Assembly (NCBI GenBank): GCA_013265495.1 | Contig: MU058451.1 | Coordinates: forward strand, 2,723,305 to 2,787,304 | From: Vicugna vicugna | Lineage: Eukaryota | DNA: 64,000 nt | Reading direction: 5' to 3' | Shown here: positions 52,046 to 64,000 of the stretch, one piece after another | Position numbering within the stretch: the first letter of the stretch is position 1 | Layout: each line of letters opens with the position of its first letter | Made by a program: the position numbers and the translations under genes | Notes under the pieces: generated by a model | The model's input: only the letters and a program-made list of their open reading frames with translations | What the model was told of the DNA's origin: nothing | The model's database searches: none

Positions 52046-52248
52046 TTTTAAAAATTAGGTAACACTGATTTATAACATTATGTATTTCACATGTGCATTA
52101 TATTTCCACTTCTGAATCCCCTACAGCATGCTCACCACCAAAGATTTAGTTTCCATCAGTCCCCATGTTTGATCTCCTTTACCCATTTAAATCACCCCCA
52201 CTCTGGTAATCACTACCCTGTTCTCTGTATCTACGGTTTGTTTTTAAT
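52046..52248 (-). mobile_element. 5'-truncated L1 3' end
   Basis: 16-bp TSD tttttccattgctttt at 52030-52045 and 52249-52264. Confidence 0.8.
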
Positions 52249-52287
52249 TTTTTCCATTGCTTTTGACCCTTCCGTTGCTGATGCTTG

Positions 52288-52553
52288 TGGGGCCAGCTGA
52301 TCTATTAGGCATAGTGGGCACAGGGTTTAGGGCCCTCAAAAATATTTTCATTTTAATTTCTCTTAAAATCAGAATTTTAAAAATGAATATAATAACAATA
52401 AATATATAATAATGAATCTAATCCAGGTTGTATTCACCTTTATGCCAAGGCAGTTATAAAATACACTTTTTAATTTATGCATTCTTTTTATGCAGAATGG
52501 GGTCCCACAAAGGCAAAAGGGTTACGGCCTGAGAAAGTCATAATGTGGCCCTG
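52288..52553 (+). mobile_element. hAT MITE (MER96B-like)
   Basis: Termini tggggcc...ggccctg; 8-bp TSD gatgcttg / ggtgcttg. Confidence 0.75.
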
Positions 52554-52949
52554 GGTGCTTGGTTACTACATTCCCGACTTGACTTTACACACTACTTCCT
52601 GCCACCTTCTCTAGCTTATGAAATGTTTCTATTTATTTGTTTATTGTCTGGTTCTGCCACTAAACTGTACTCCCTGAGAGCAGGAACTTTGCTTTGTTTA
52701 TTGTTCTGTGCCCTGGGATTACCAGACCCAGTAAAGCAGGGATGCTTCCACCTGGCCCCACTCCCTGTTTCCCAGGCTAAGACAAACCTCTCTGCTTTGC
52801 TCGTTTCCCTGCTTCTAGGCTTGTCCTCTCTTATCTGTGCGTCACTCTGCAGCCTCAGAGTCTTCGTCCTCACAGCTTTCCCACTCACCCCCCCCCAGCT
52901 CTTCTGCTTCTCCATCTCTCTTAAACCTTTTCTAGGCCTTTCTTTCCTT

Positions 52950-52953
52950 CTTT

Positions 52954-53009
<56 letters not shown>

Positions 53010-53011
53010 TC
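52950..53011 (+). repeat. (TTTC)n microsatellite
   Basis: Read directly from the sequence. Confidence 0.95.
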
Positions 53012-53257
53012 AGAATACAGCAGGCATACAGAAAAATGTATAAAATCTGTACACACAGTTTGAGGAATGATCATAAACCCCTCTGTAGGTTAAGAAATTA
53101 AACATTTCTGCTCTCCAGAACTCTCTCCACTCCTGTTTGCCCTTCCTTGGTTACAAAACCAGCCTTCTCTCCACAAAGTAACTACTATCCTCATTTCTGT
53201 GATAATGTTTTTGCTTTTCTTTTCAGTTTTCCAACCTGTGTATCACTAGACAATCTA

Positions 53258-53471
53258 CCTCACTTGACTGAATCCAAGAAGTTCTCTTTTTCTTTTTGAG
53301 CATAGCTGAAGTTGAGATGTACTTCTGAGGATGGCTTGTCAAGGTTTACTTGGCAGCATTTTGTTCTTTCCTAGAAGAAATACAAAATATAAATACAAAA
53401 ATATAAATACAAAAATATAAAAGAATGGTGTGCTTTATAATCAGTGGCACCTTGGATTTGATGTAGACTCG
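53258..53471 (-). mobile_element. TcMar MITE (MER104-like) with an internal short AT-rich tandem repeat
   Basis: aatggtgtgctttataatcagtggcaccttggatttgatg; about three copies of aaatacaaaaatat at 53378-53420. Confidence 0.55.
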
Positions 53472-55147
53472 TTTTGCTTGTTTTTGAACCATATGAATGA
53501 AATTATACTGTATGTATTCTTTTATCTGTGTGTGTGTGTTTTTAATCAACACGGTGTTTGTGAGACTCATTCCCTTTGTTTCTGGGCTCACAGGGGTTAC
53601 AACACTGGGCAAAAGTACCGTCATTTCTCTCTTGACTATGGCAGTGTTATCCAAACACGAAGCCTAACCCTGATCCCAATGAGAGCTATGCATTTGAAAC
53701 CCAAATCTGATCATCTTATTCTCCTGCTTAGAACATTTTAATGGCTTCCCACTGTTCTTTGACTAAAGGTCCACATCTCTGATACAGCCTTCAGGCCCTT
53801 CCGATGATTCTGACACATTCTTCCTCTGGCTCTACAGCAACAGTCATCTTCTTGCAGTGCTTTAAACAAGCCTCCCCAGGCCCCTCCTACCCACCCCACC
53901 CCAGCCTCCAGCCCGGCTAAGTGCACCAATTTATCAATCTAAGCTCTCACCTCAACTCTTCAGGTAAGCCTCTCTCCTCTGCATAGGTCATGAGCCTTTA
54001 TCTCCTGGAGAACTCTCTTCTTTTTAGAACATGTTAGCACATAGATCTGCTACTGAAATAGAGACTGGTGACTTAATATGATAGAAGTTTATTTTGGGCT
54101 CACAATACGGTATGTGCCTAAGTAGCCCAGGAGCCGTCTGGAGGCTCTGTGGTGTTGGGAGCCCAGGATCCTGCTACCCTGTTGCATTGACATCTGCAGG
54201 TTGTTGCCCACCAGCCTGATTCACCACCAATTCACATTCCAGCCAGCGGAAGGGAGAAGGGGGAAGGGAGGGCAGTACTCCTTTTAAGCGCATGACGCAG
54301 GAGTTGCCCTTATGACTTTTACTTGCCTCTCACTGATCAGAACTTGGTCATATGGCCACACCTAGCTGTAAGAGAGGCTGGGAAAAGTCGCCTTATTTTG
54401 GCTGCCATATGCCTGGCAATGAACCTGGAGGTGTTACTGTAGATGGAATGAATGGATATGGGGACACCTAGTGGTCCCTTTGGCATAACACCCAAGCCAG
54501 ATTACAGTAATATATTAATTAGTGTAATTATTTGATTGATGTCTGTCTACCCCAATAGAGTGTAATCTCTACACAAGCAAGGACCATACCTATTTTCATT
54601 CACCACTGTGTCCTCATCATCCATCCTCATGCCTGATATAAAGAAGGCCTTAATAAGTATTTGTTAAATACATGCATGAATAGTCTCTGACTACCTCTTG
54701 CTGTTCCTGGTCTCACACTTGACACTCCAGCCAGACTGAAGTACTTGTGGTTGCCTTAATTCATTATCTATAGAAAAAAAATTTTTTAGCGTATCTAGTA
54801 AGCAAAATTAGTCATCTCGCTGTTTAAATTTCATTGATTTTTTGAGATTATACACATTTTCACATATTTCCATTTATATTCCTTGTTTTGAGATTTGATA
54901 TGACCAATTCTAACAACATCCTTTGAAGTACACTATGAGCTTAATGGAGTAGATTTTATTCAGAGCAGTGAGGTCCCAGTTAGGCAGCCTACCTACTGAG
55001 GCACTTGCTTGACAAGGAGTAAAAGCTAATGCTTGAATTGGGGCTTTCATGCATTTCTGCCTGCTATTTCCCAAACCTGAGCTTTCCACAGAGTTGAGAA
55101 ACAAAGAGTTAAAGGTTACATTCTCTGTTTAGAATCTGGAGGATTGG

Positions 55148-55945
55148 TGTGATGTCGTGATTTATAATAAGAAATACACCTTTGGTCTTTCTCCCATCTG
55201 CACAGAGCTCCTAAAACCGTTGGAATTTCCTGTGTTAAGAGCAATAAAGACGTCTTGATATTCATCGCATGCCCCTTTCAACCACACCTGAGTTTGTGTT
55301 AATGAGATAACTTTTGGAAAGGACCTAAGAGTAGGGGCTATTTGCCAGGGGCATCGATCAACCGTGTGATTGGAGGGTTGAAACTTTCAGTCCGGCCTCT
55401 GACCTTCGGGGAGGGGAGAGGGGCTGAAGGTTCAATAAATGGCCAACAATTTAATCAACCACGCCTGCGTAATGACGCCTCCATGAAAACACCAAAGGAA
55501 GGGTTTCAGAGAGCTTCCAAGTTGGTGAGTCAAGCTCCAAGAAGCTCCTGCACTGGGGACCTCACCCTGTGTATCTTATCATCTGGCTGTTTATCCACAT
55601 CCTTTAGCACCTTTGTAATAAGCTGGTAATCTGGTAAGTAGACTGGATTCCTGGGTTCTGTGGGCCACTCTAGCAAATTAGTCAAACCTGAGGAGGGGCT
55701 CGCGGAAATGCCTGTGTTATAGCTAGTTGATCAGAAGCGCAGATAACAAACTGGACTTACGACTGGCATCTGAAGTGGGTGCAGTCTGCTCGGACTTGGC
55801 TATTCACCTGTGGAATCTGACGCTATCTTTGGGTAGAGAGTGTCAGAACTGAGTTAAATTTATGGGACATCTGTTCAGTGTCCTCTGAGAATTCAGTTAA
55901 TTTCTTGACGATGTAGGAAAAAACGCACGCATTGGAGATGGTATC
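55148..55945 (+). mobile_element. ERV LTR (MER21-like)
   Basis: tgtgatgtcgtgatttataataagaaa...cacagagctcctaaaacc...ctctagcaaattagtcaaacctgaggagggg. Confidence 0.7.
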
Positions 55946-57083
55946 TTAAATTGCTATTTAAGGAAATATCCATGAGTCTCAGCAGTCGGTAAAGATGAAT
56001 GTTGTATTGATAACCGAATAGGTCTAATTAAGACTTCATGGGAATGATGGCCAGCTCGCCCATAATCACCCAACTACGCCACACACTACTAGATACAGAT
56101 GCTTTACTTTTTATATATTAGTAACTATTAAAATTATAAAGAATATAAAATGCTATAATTAATATGGCCACACTTGAATGAAGCTATATGAAAAAAATGG
56201 AAGTATGCGAGAGTGGGGGGGTTTAGATTTTATTATTATTATTTTACCACTTTCTCTTTAATAATGTCATATTGTTGCTGATGAAGCTAAATCATAGTAC
56301 CATCACCAAAACGCAACCACTGCCACCAACTCTGTTAGCAATGCCCTTTTAAAAATACACAAGACCTGTAAGATATTATTGGTCATAGAGGAAAGAAGAG
56401 GGCCTGTTTTAAATATAAGCACAAATGTGGCTCATGAGCGGAAGATGAATTTTCCTATTTCAGATTCAGTTATAATTCTGAAAGCCAAGAGAGGAAGCAA
56501 TAATTCCAGGGGAAGGAAGCGAAGGGCTTCTATTTCCTTAGTGTTCACAAGTAGCCTGATATGGACATCACCGCTAATGAGAAGAGCATGCTTTCAGACC
56601 AGAAGTACACACCCGGCTTCTCTGTGCAGATAACCCAGCATCAGCACAGCTCCAGCAATTGGGAACTCAGGGTTCTGCTCCTGGTGTAAGAGGGGCATGA
56701 CCGAGAGTTGCCTCTTAATAAATTGTTCAGAAATGCATTTGACTATAGATGCCCCAGTGCACACATATTTCCCACTAGTCATATAGTTTAGGAGGCTTTT
56801 CTTCCATAATGCCAAAATCTTTAGCAGCGTTCAGTTTTACTCACTTCTCAATTTAAATGACTGAGTTTTCAAGTTCACCTACTGTCTGAAGAAAGTTTTC
56901 TCCTATAGATGTTTAGAGAGGCTGAATGGGCAAACAAAGAAAAAGACTTGGTAATACAGTTGTGGAGAGATTATTTCAGAGAGGGGAGGAGATTCTGGTG
57001 GATGGGTAATTTTGGCCAGTAGGAGGATACCACGTGAACAAGTGTGTGTGAGTGCGCGGGGTTGGGATTGGTGGGGTCGCAGA

Positions 57084-57599
57084 TGTGGATGAAAAATAGT
57101 GCCTGCCATATCAATAAACAGAGGATACTGTGGCCATCAAGTCATCAGCCACTACCCCTCTCCCCCCACCCCTTGGTGAGCCGGAGGGAAGTAAGGGTGA
57201 AGGCAAGCAGGCAGCCCGGCCACTGCAGCCACCCTCAGCAGTTCATTCTGAGGGAACTCAGGATGGGAAAGAGCAAGATTCTGGCCCTAAACAGTTAAGG
57301 TTCATATCAAAGGAATGATTTCAGTGAGTCCAGACTTTTCATCCTGCCATAAATAGAAAAGCACTCAATTCCTTAACTTGAGATATCTGGTTTTCTTTAA
57401 TTAATGCTAATCTTTTGATGTTCTGACTACCTGGTCTTTGTTGCAGAAACTGCTATCTATCCCAGCTCCTCCCCTGTCTCTTCGGAGCAGTCACTTAGCA
57501 CGACCTGAGAGGCCAGATCCAGGCTTCAGTCCTCAGAGATGTCCACCGAATAAAACAGAACTCTCAACTTTTAGGTTGTGCATTTGGTTTCAGTCGACA
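57084..57599 (+). mobile_element. ERV1-type solo LTR, copy B (same family as 45869-46328)
   Basis: TG...CA termini, flanks caga/cagg, shared blocks tcaaaggaatgatttca and ctcaacttttaggtt. Confidence 0.85.
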
Positions 57600-58519
57600 C
57601 AGGTAACAGGAGCTAAAAAAGAAAGAAGAACTGTCTGCATGACAATTTTATTAAAGCACTGATGGCGGCCCCAAGCAAGTCGATGGACCTGGAAGGCTGT
57701 AAGTAGCTCCCTCCAGTTTAGCCCAGTTTGCCTTGACTGAGCTGGTCCGTTTCGGACCCTTCCTTTCCTGGTCTGATGGAGGCCAACTCCTCTGGTTTTA
57801 GAAGGAGGAGGGCCAAAAAGACAAAGGAAGGGAAAATGCTCAGAATTACAGGGAGTGGGACCTGGAAACCAGGCACCCCATTTGGGACATAGTTGAAGTG
57901 TCCAGCCCAAATAAAGAAGAAAGGCAGGGTGGCCAGTGGTGGAGTGTGGTGACCAGAGGGCTTGGTGATGGCAGAGGCTCCAGATGCTACTAGAAATGCA
58001 GCTAGAAAGTGAGGTGCGTGGGAGTGATGGGAACCAGATTCAGGGGGTACTACTTCTCTGACATCAACTGCATCAACACGAGGGGTTGCAAATTCAGATC
58101 CCGAAGTAGGCCAGAGAGAGCTTGCCGCAGGTAAGATAATAGGGGTGTGTGTGATTATGGCCAACTGACGGACAGAAGGATGATTTAAATTTACTGGAGA
58201 GGAAGAAAATTTGCCACCCCAAAATGTCTCTTTGATATGCAGATTATTTTGAGCTGAAAACAATCAAGGCTCTAAAGACTCAGGAAGAACATTTGACCTC
58301 CTCCTTCCAAAACCAGAGGGGCCGGCCTCCATCAGACCAGTGGCTTCCAACATGGGTCACTCATATGGCTGTTAGATGGAGTCCTCAATTCCTTGCCACG
58401 TGGACCATTCTTTAGGGCTGCTTGAGTGTCTCATGACATCTTCCAGTAATTCAAGATCTTCCATTTTCTCAGTAATCCAAGAAAGAGCAAAGAGAAAGTC
58501 ATGATTTTTGTGTAAAAAG

Positions 58520-59220
58520 ATCCCCCTGGAGGCAGAATGGGGTGAAGTTATGAAACTGGAGATGGGTGGACCAGCAGCTATGGTTTAGGTAAAAGAGGAT
58601 GGAGGCTTAACAGAAACAGTAGAAGATGAGGAGTACCCAGATTTAGCTGACACTCCGGAGCAGACTTGACAGAACTTGAGACCATTTGGATATGGTGGTA
58701 GGAGTGGGAAGATGGAAGCATTGGGGTGACTTGCCACTCGGGTGGGCTGTGATATTACTAACGGTTGAGGCACAAGTGAAGGAGGGGATTTGGTGAGAGA
58801 GAGAGACAGTGCCTTTTGTTTGGACATGTTGAGGCTGCAATTCCTGGAGCAGGAGCCTGGAGTACCAGAGAAAGGTGGGGGTGAGGGGTGGGAGCCATCA
58901 TTGTCTAACAGGGGCTGCAGCCACCGGGTACCCGGGACTCCCTCTGGGAGAGAGGAGTCTCAGGCGAAAGTGTGAAGAGGTAGAGGGGGACCTGGGACAG
59001 CAAGTATCACAAAAGCTAAGTGAGGAGAGTGGTCACAAAAGGGGTGCCAGCCATGAAATCAGCCAGAGGTTAGGCTCTAAAGAGACCCCAGGCCAGCTAG
59101 GCTGTCGCTGGTGACCTAACAGAAAACACTTTCACCTGAGTGACGGAGGGCGCAAGCCAGAAGGAAAGATAAGATGCAAAACGATTAGAGATCAGTAATT
59201 ATGCTCTTCTAAACAGAGAA
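58520..59220 (-). mobile_element. L2 fragment
   Basis: Purine-rich antisense L2-like sequence including tttggacatgttgag. Confidence 0.55.
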
Positions 59221-59806
59221 AGAGACTTAGAGGACAGAGCCGCTGCACCGACTGATTAACAATGTGGTGACTCACAGGTAAAAGGGAGCTGACTTTAACT
59301 TGTTTTAAGCTGTGCTCTGGAATGAGAGGCTGACGCACGTTAAGCCAGTCTCCCCCCAGTTTGTTGCAAAATCAACTGATTTGGTTTCCCCCTTCCCATT
59401 ACTCTTCTGAGAATACAATTTTATGAATCTTTATTAATAATGTATTTTATACCCTAAATCAGAAATTTTGCTGTGAAAATCCCCAGCCATTTATAAACTG
59501 CTGCATTTTTCATGAGACTGCAATGGGGAAAAACCTGCTCCATAATACGATTCTTGAATGATAAACACAAACTATAGAGAATGAAACATAATTAAGGAGA
59601 CAATTTTCCCTCTCCCATATGACAAATTAAATCCCTAGAGCATGACATGATTTCATTTTAAAAAGTCTCCTAACTCTCTGGTTCATTATCGTATCTCAGA
59701 TCCAATCTAGTGCCTTGCACTCAATAAATATTTGCCAATGAATTAAAGATATCACCCATTTGGTATTAATCACATGTTGCTTTGCATTTAAAATGAATAT
59801 GTTTAA

Positions 59807-59993
59807 TAAGTCACAGGGATGTAATGTACAGCATAGGGAATATGGTCAATAATGTAATAATTTGTATGGTGACAATATTTAGACTTATCGTGGTGATCAT
59901 TTTGAAATGTATAAAAATATCAAATCACTATGCTGTACAATTGATACTTATATAATATGGCAAGTCAATTATAGCTCAATTTAAAAAAATAAG
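59807..59993 (+). mobile_element. 5'-truncated L1 3' end
   Basis: 18-bp perfect TSD taaaatgaatatgtttaa at 59789-59806 and 59994-60011. Confidence 0.85.
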
Positions 59994-60489
59994 TAAAATG
60001 AATATGTTTAAATATCACCTCAAATGAGAATATTTCTTAAAAGACTATGTCTAAAAATTCATTACCAGATTTTTTTGTAGCCCTGAGGTCAGGATCTATA
60101 AATTATTTCTCTTCATTTGGGATCTGGAATTTAGTACATTCAACAATGCTTCTTCTTTGAAAAAAAATTTTTTTAACAATGCTTCTTGAGTTGTAGAGCA
60201 AATCATGTTAGCTGTAAAATGGTAGTACCTTATGTATATTTCTAGCTAATCCTAGCTAAAAACTTCCTGCAGTTTTGTGTGTGTGTGTGTGTGTATCCTT
60301 TCTATTAGGATAAGTATGCTGTCTTTTGATCCTAGATCATCAAATTTTAAAAAAATTACACATTATTGTTGAATTTTATCAAATGATCTTTCTCTAGATA
60401 ATCATATGTTTTCTTCTCCTTTAATTGGTTAATGTGGTAAATGACATTAATTGTTTACCTAATGCTAAACTGATCTTCTTTCTGGGTGC

Positions 60490-62953
60490 ATGACACAAAA
60501 GTGCAAGATAAAGCAATAAGTGCTGATGTAGGAGCTGCAGCAAGTTATCCAGAAGATCTCACATTCATGAAGCTACAGTGAACAACAGATTTTCAGTGCA
60601 GATGAAATAGCCTTATATTGGAAGAAGACGCTATCTAGGACCTTCATAGCTAGCAAGGGAAAGTCAGTGCCTGGCTTCAAAGCATCAAAAGACAGGCTCT
60701 CTTTGTTAGGGGCTAATGCAGCCGGTGACTTTCAGGTGAAACCAGTGTTCACTTACTTAGCATTATCCTAGGTGAGGAAAATCCTAGGACCCTTAAAAAT
60801 TATGCTCAATCTACTCTGCCTATGCTATCTATAAATAGAACAACAAACCAGGATGATAGCACATCTGTTGGCAACATGGTTTACTTGAATGTTTTAAGCC
60901 CACTGTTGAGATCTACTCCTCAGAAAAAAAGATTCCTTTCAAAATATTACTGCTAATTAACAATGCACCTGGTCACTCAAGAGCTCTGATGGAGATGGAC
61001 AATGAGATTAATGTTGTTTTCATGCCTGCTAGCACAGCATCCATTCTGCAGCCCATAGATTAAGGAGTCATTTGGACTTTCAAGTCTTATTTAAGAAATA
61101 AGTATTGTAAAGCTGTAGCTGCTATAGATGGTGATTCCTCTGATGGATCTGGGCATAGTAAATTGGAAAGTATTCCCCATTCTAGATAGTATTAAGAATA
61201 TTCATGATTCATGAGAAGAGGTCAAAATATCAACATTAACAGGAGTTTGGAAGAAACTGATTCCCAACCATATGGAAGACTTTGAGGGGTTCAAGACCTC
61301 AGTGGAGGAAGTAACTGCAGATGCGGTAGAAATGTCAAAGAACTAGACTTAGAAATGGAGTCTGAAGATGTGACTGGATTGCTGCAATCTTATGATAAAA
61401 CTTTAACAGATGAAGAGTTGCTTCTTACGGATGAGAAAAAAAGTGGCTTTTTGAGGTGGATTCTACTCCTGGTGAAGATGCTGTGAAGATTGTTGAAATG
61501 AAAACAAAGGATTTAGAATACAACGTAAACTTAGTTGATATAGTAGGCAGAGTTTGAGAGAACTGACTACCCTGTTGAAAGAAGTTCTACTGTGGGTTAA
61601 ATGCTTCTCCAACAGCATCGCATGCTACACAAAAGTAGTTAGTGAAAGAGTCAATCGATGTGGCAAACTTCATTGTTGTCTTATTTTAAGAGATTGCTAC
61701 CACCACCCAACCTTCAGAAACTGCCATCTTGATCACTTAGTAGCTGTTAATCTTGAGGCAAGACCCTCCCCCAGCAAAAAGATTACGACTTGCCAAAGAC
61801 TCAGATGATGGTTATTATTTTATTTTAAACATTTTTATTGCTTTATAATCATTTTACGATGTGTGTCAAATTTCAGTGTAGAGCACAATTTTTCAGTTAT
61901 ATATGAACATATGTATAATTCACTGTCACATTTTTTTCTCTGTGAGCTACCATAAGATCTTGTATATATTTCCCTGTGCTCTACAGTATAATCTTGTTTA
62001 TCTATTCTACATTTTGAAATCCCAGTCTGTCCCTTCCCACCCCCCACCACCTTGGCAACCACAAGTTTGTATTCTATGTCTATGAGTCTGTTTCTGTTTT
62101 GTATTTATGTTTTGTTTGTTTGTTTGTTTGTTTAGATTCTACATATGGGCAATCTCATATGGTATTTTTCTTTCACTTTCTGGCTTACTTCACTTAGACT
62201 GACATTCTCCAGGAACATCCATGTTGCTGCAAATGGCGTTATGTTGTTGGTTTTTATGGCTGAATAGTAGTCTATTGTATAAATATACCACATCTTCTTT
62301 ATCCAGTCATCTGTTGATGGACATTTAGGCTGTTTCCATGTCTTGGCTATTGTAAATAGTGCTGCTATGAACATTGGGGTGCAGGTGTCATTTTGAAGTA
62401 GGGTTCCTTCTGGATATATGCCTAGGAGCAGGATTCCTGGGTCATATGGTAAGTCTATTCCTGGTCTTTTGAGGAATCTCCATACTGTTTTCCACAGTGG
62501 CTGCACCAAACTGCATTCCCACCAGCAGTGTAGGAGGGTTCCCTTTTCTCCACAGCCTCTCCAGCATTTGTCATTTGTGGATTTTTGAATGATGGCCATT
62601 CTCATTATAGTTTTGATTTGCATTTCTCTGATAATTAGTGATATTGAACATTTTTTCCTGTGCCTATTGATCATTTGTATGTCTTCCTTGGAGAATTGCT
62701 TGTTTAGGTCTTCTGCCCATTTTTGGATTGGGTTGTTTGTTTTTTTCTTACTAAGTCATATGAGCGGTTATTATTTTTAAATTAAGATATGTCCATTGCT
62801 TTTCTAGACATAATGCTATTGCACATATTCTAGACTACTACTTCTGTATTGTAATATTGTAAATATAACTTTTATATGTGCTAGGAAACTGAAGAATTTG
62901 TGTGACTTGCTTTGTTGTGGAACTGAACCCACAATAACTCTGAGGCACACCTA
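60490..62953 (+). mobile_element. Tigger1 DNA transposon: 5'-truncated, dead transposase, interrupted by an L1
   Basis: gctgcagcaagttatccagaagatct...gatgaaatagccttatattggaagaag matches the Tigger1 transposase region; degenerate 3' TIR actctgaggcacacct followed by TA. Confidence 0.88.
61822..62765 (-). mobile_element. Relatively young 5'-truncated L1 (ORF2 C-terminus plus 3' UTR)
   Basis: Open 180-aa ORF2 C-terminal frame at 62132..62674 ([18 protein letters not shown]); 12-bp TSD ggttattatttt at 61810-61821 and 62766-62777. Confidence 0.93.
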
Positions 62954-64000
62954 TATTACAGTGTTTTATTCATTGGAGGGGATCAGATTATGGACATATA
63001 TGGACCTGGAGATTAGATGAGTTCCTCCCCGACCAGCTTCATCTTTTTCAATATAATGGAATTTTTGGTTTCAATATATTCAGTGTATGTTATTCAACTA
63101 TAATAGTAATTCTTGTTGATGCTTATATTATCGCTCTTAGGTCCTTTAAGATCCCCTTTAACTTACTGCTGTTATGATTCCATTAATCTTTGAAACTGTC
63201 CTTGGTTTTGAGTGCTACAAACACATCACAGGCTCAGCCTGTATCCTTCCCTCCCTCCTTCTGCAATCAGTTCTTTCTCCAAGGAGTCCTGATTTCCTTT
63301 CATGTGGAATGGTACTAGAGACTAAAATCAGTATACAGGTTGTTTTTTGCTTTCTTGCTGTTTTATGGCTACATTTTCAAAAATTAACGGTATTTTATAC
63401 AGCATGTTTTTCAGTTTGTTTTCAGAAGGAGTGTTGGTCTGGGTACTAGGGCACCATATTGCCAGAAATGAAAATTTCCTTACGGAATATCCACTATCAA
63501 GTATTTTACTACACAAATGATTTATTCTCACATCAGTGAACTATGGTAGGACTCTTACAATCATGCTCATTTTAAAGGTGACAAGATGAGACTGAGAGAC
63601 TAAGTAACTTACCTCAGGTCACACAGTGAGGAAGCAGTCGGGTGGGCTTTGGAGCCAGACAGTTGGACTTAGGAATATAGGCTCAATACCATGATGCTGT
63701 AATGTTATCAGCCGCTCAGAAGTATTACTCATACGAGACTTGGCAGGAAGTAACTTACATGGCATTGATTGCCTTACAAAGACTTTTTTTTTGAGAAGCA
63801 AAGCTTATAAAATATGCAGAAACAGGGTTGGAAGAAACAGATAAAGATGTTTTTGTAGAATCAGAAAATCATCCTAAATAGTCCTTTCAGTATTTTATAT
63901 TGCTGACAGAGTTAACCCTTCAGTTGTGACCCTTCAACCAATCAGTCCTCCTCCGGCCACTCTCAGAATTGAACCTACCTGACTCCAGAATGTCTTCCGT

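Noticed and set aside
52545..53074. 172-aa and 152-aa ORFs
   Set aside because: They run through repeat fragments and a (TTTC)n microsatellite that lacks stops.
45869..57599. Full-length provirus between the two LTRs
   Set aside because: Each LTR has its own TSD, and the interval contains LY96 exons and older repeats with no gag, pol or env that I can see.
57718..58263. 181-aa minus-strand ORF
   Set aside because: Non-ATG start inside an LTR-like fragment and no recognisable domain. A BLAST or PhyloCSF check would settle it.
60490..61810. Functional or domesticated Tigger transposase gene
   Set aside because: 5'-truncated with many stops and frameshifts; no long ORF in the transposase frame.

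Overview
Mammalian genomic DNA, probably from a camelid: it carries two tRNA-Ala-derived Vic-1-like SINEs, and I saw no Alu, B1 or Bov-B elements. The window holds the conserved ELOC(TCEB1)-TMEM70-LY96 block. ELOC is on the minus strand (coding exons 9370-9373, 7454-7597, 4198-4388; 112 aa, matching Elongin-C as I recall it). TMEM70 is on the plus strand (20228-20437, 21664-21769, 25709-26166; 257 aa). LY96/MD-2 is on the plus strand (32658-32769, 39492-39581, 42484-42612, 47563-47615, 48349-48447; 160 aa). All three reading frames are intact with GT-AG introns. ELOC and TMEM70 are divergent, each with its own CpG island (ZNF143-type and NRF1-type motifs). The rest is mostly interspersed repeat: L1, L2, MIR, MaLR/ERV LTRs, Tigger1 and MITEs. 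I found no convincing new multi-gene system. The best leads are: a new N-glycosylation sequon (N101) in the TLR4-binding loop of MD-2; a near-perfect 73-bp tandem duplication in the LY96 promoter; two same-family, same-orientation solo LTRs flanking LY96 exons 4-5, one carrying a sense intronic poly(A) signal; a duplicated hairpin-forming unit downstream of TMEM70; and an LTR inserted about 24 nt from the last ELOC splice acceptor. Repeat family names come from recalled consensus sequences, and repeat boundaries without a target-site duplication (TSD) are approximate.
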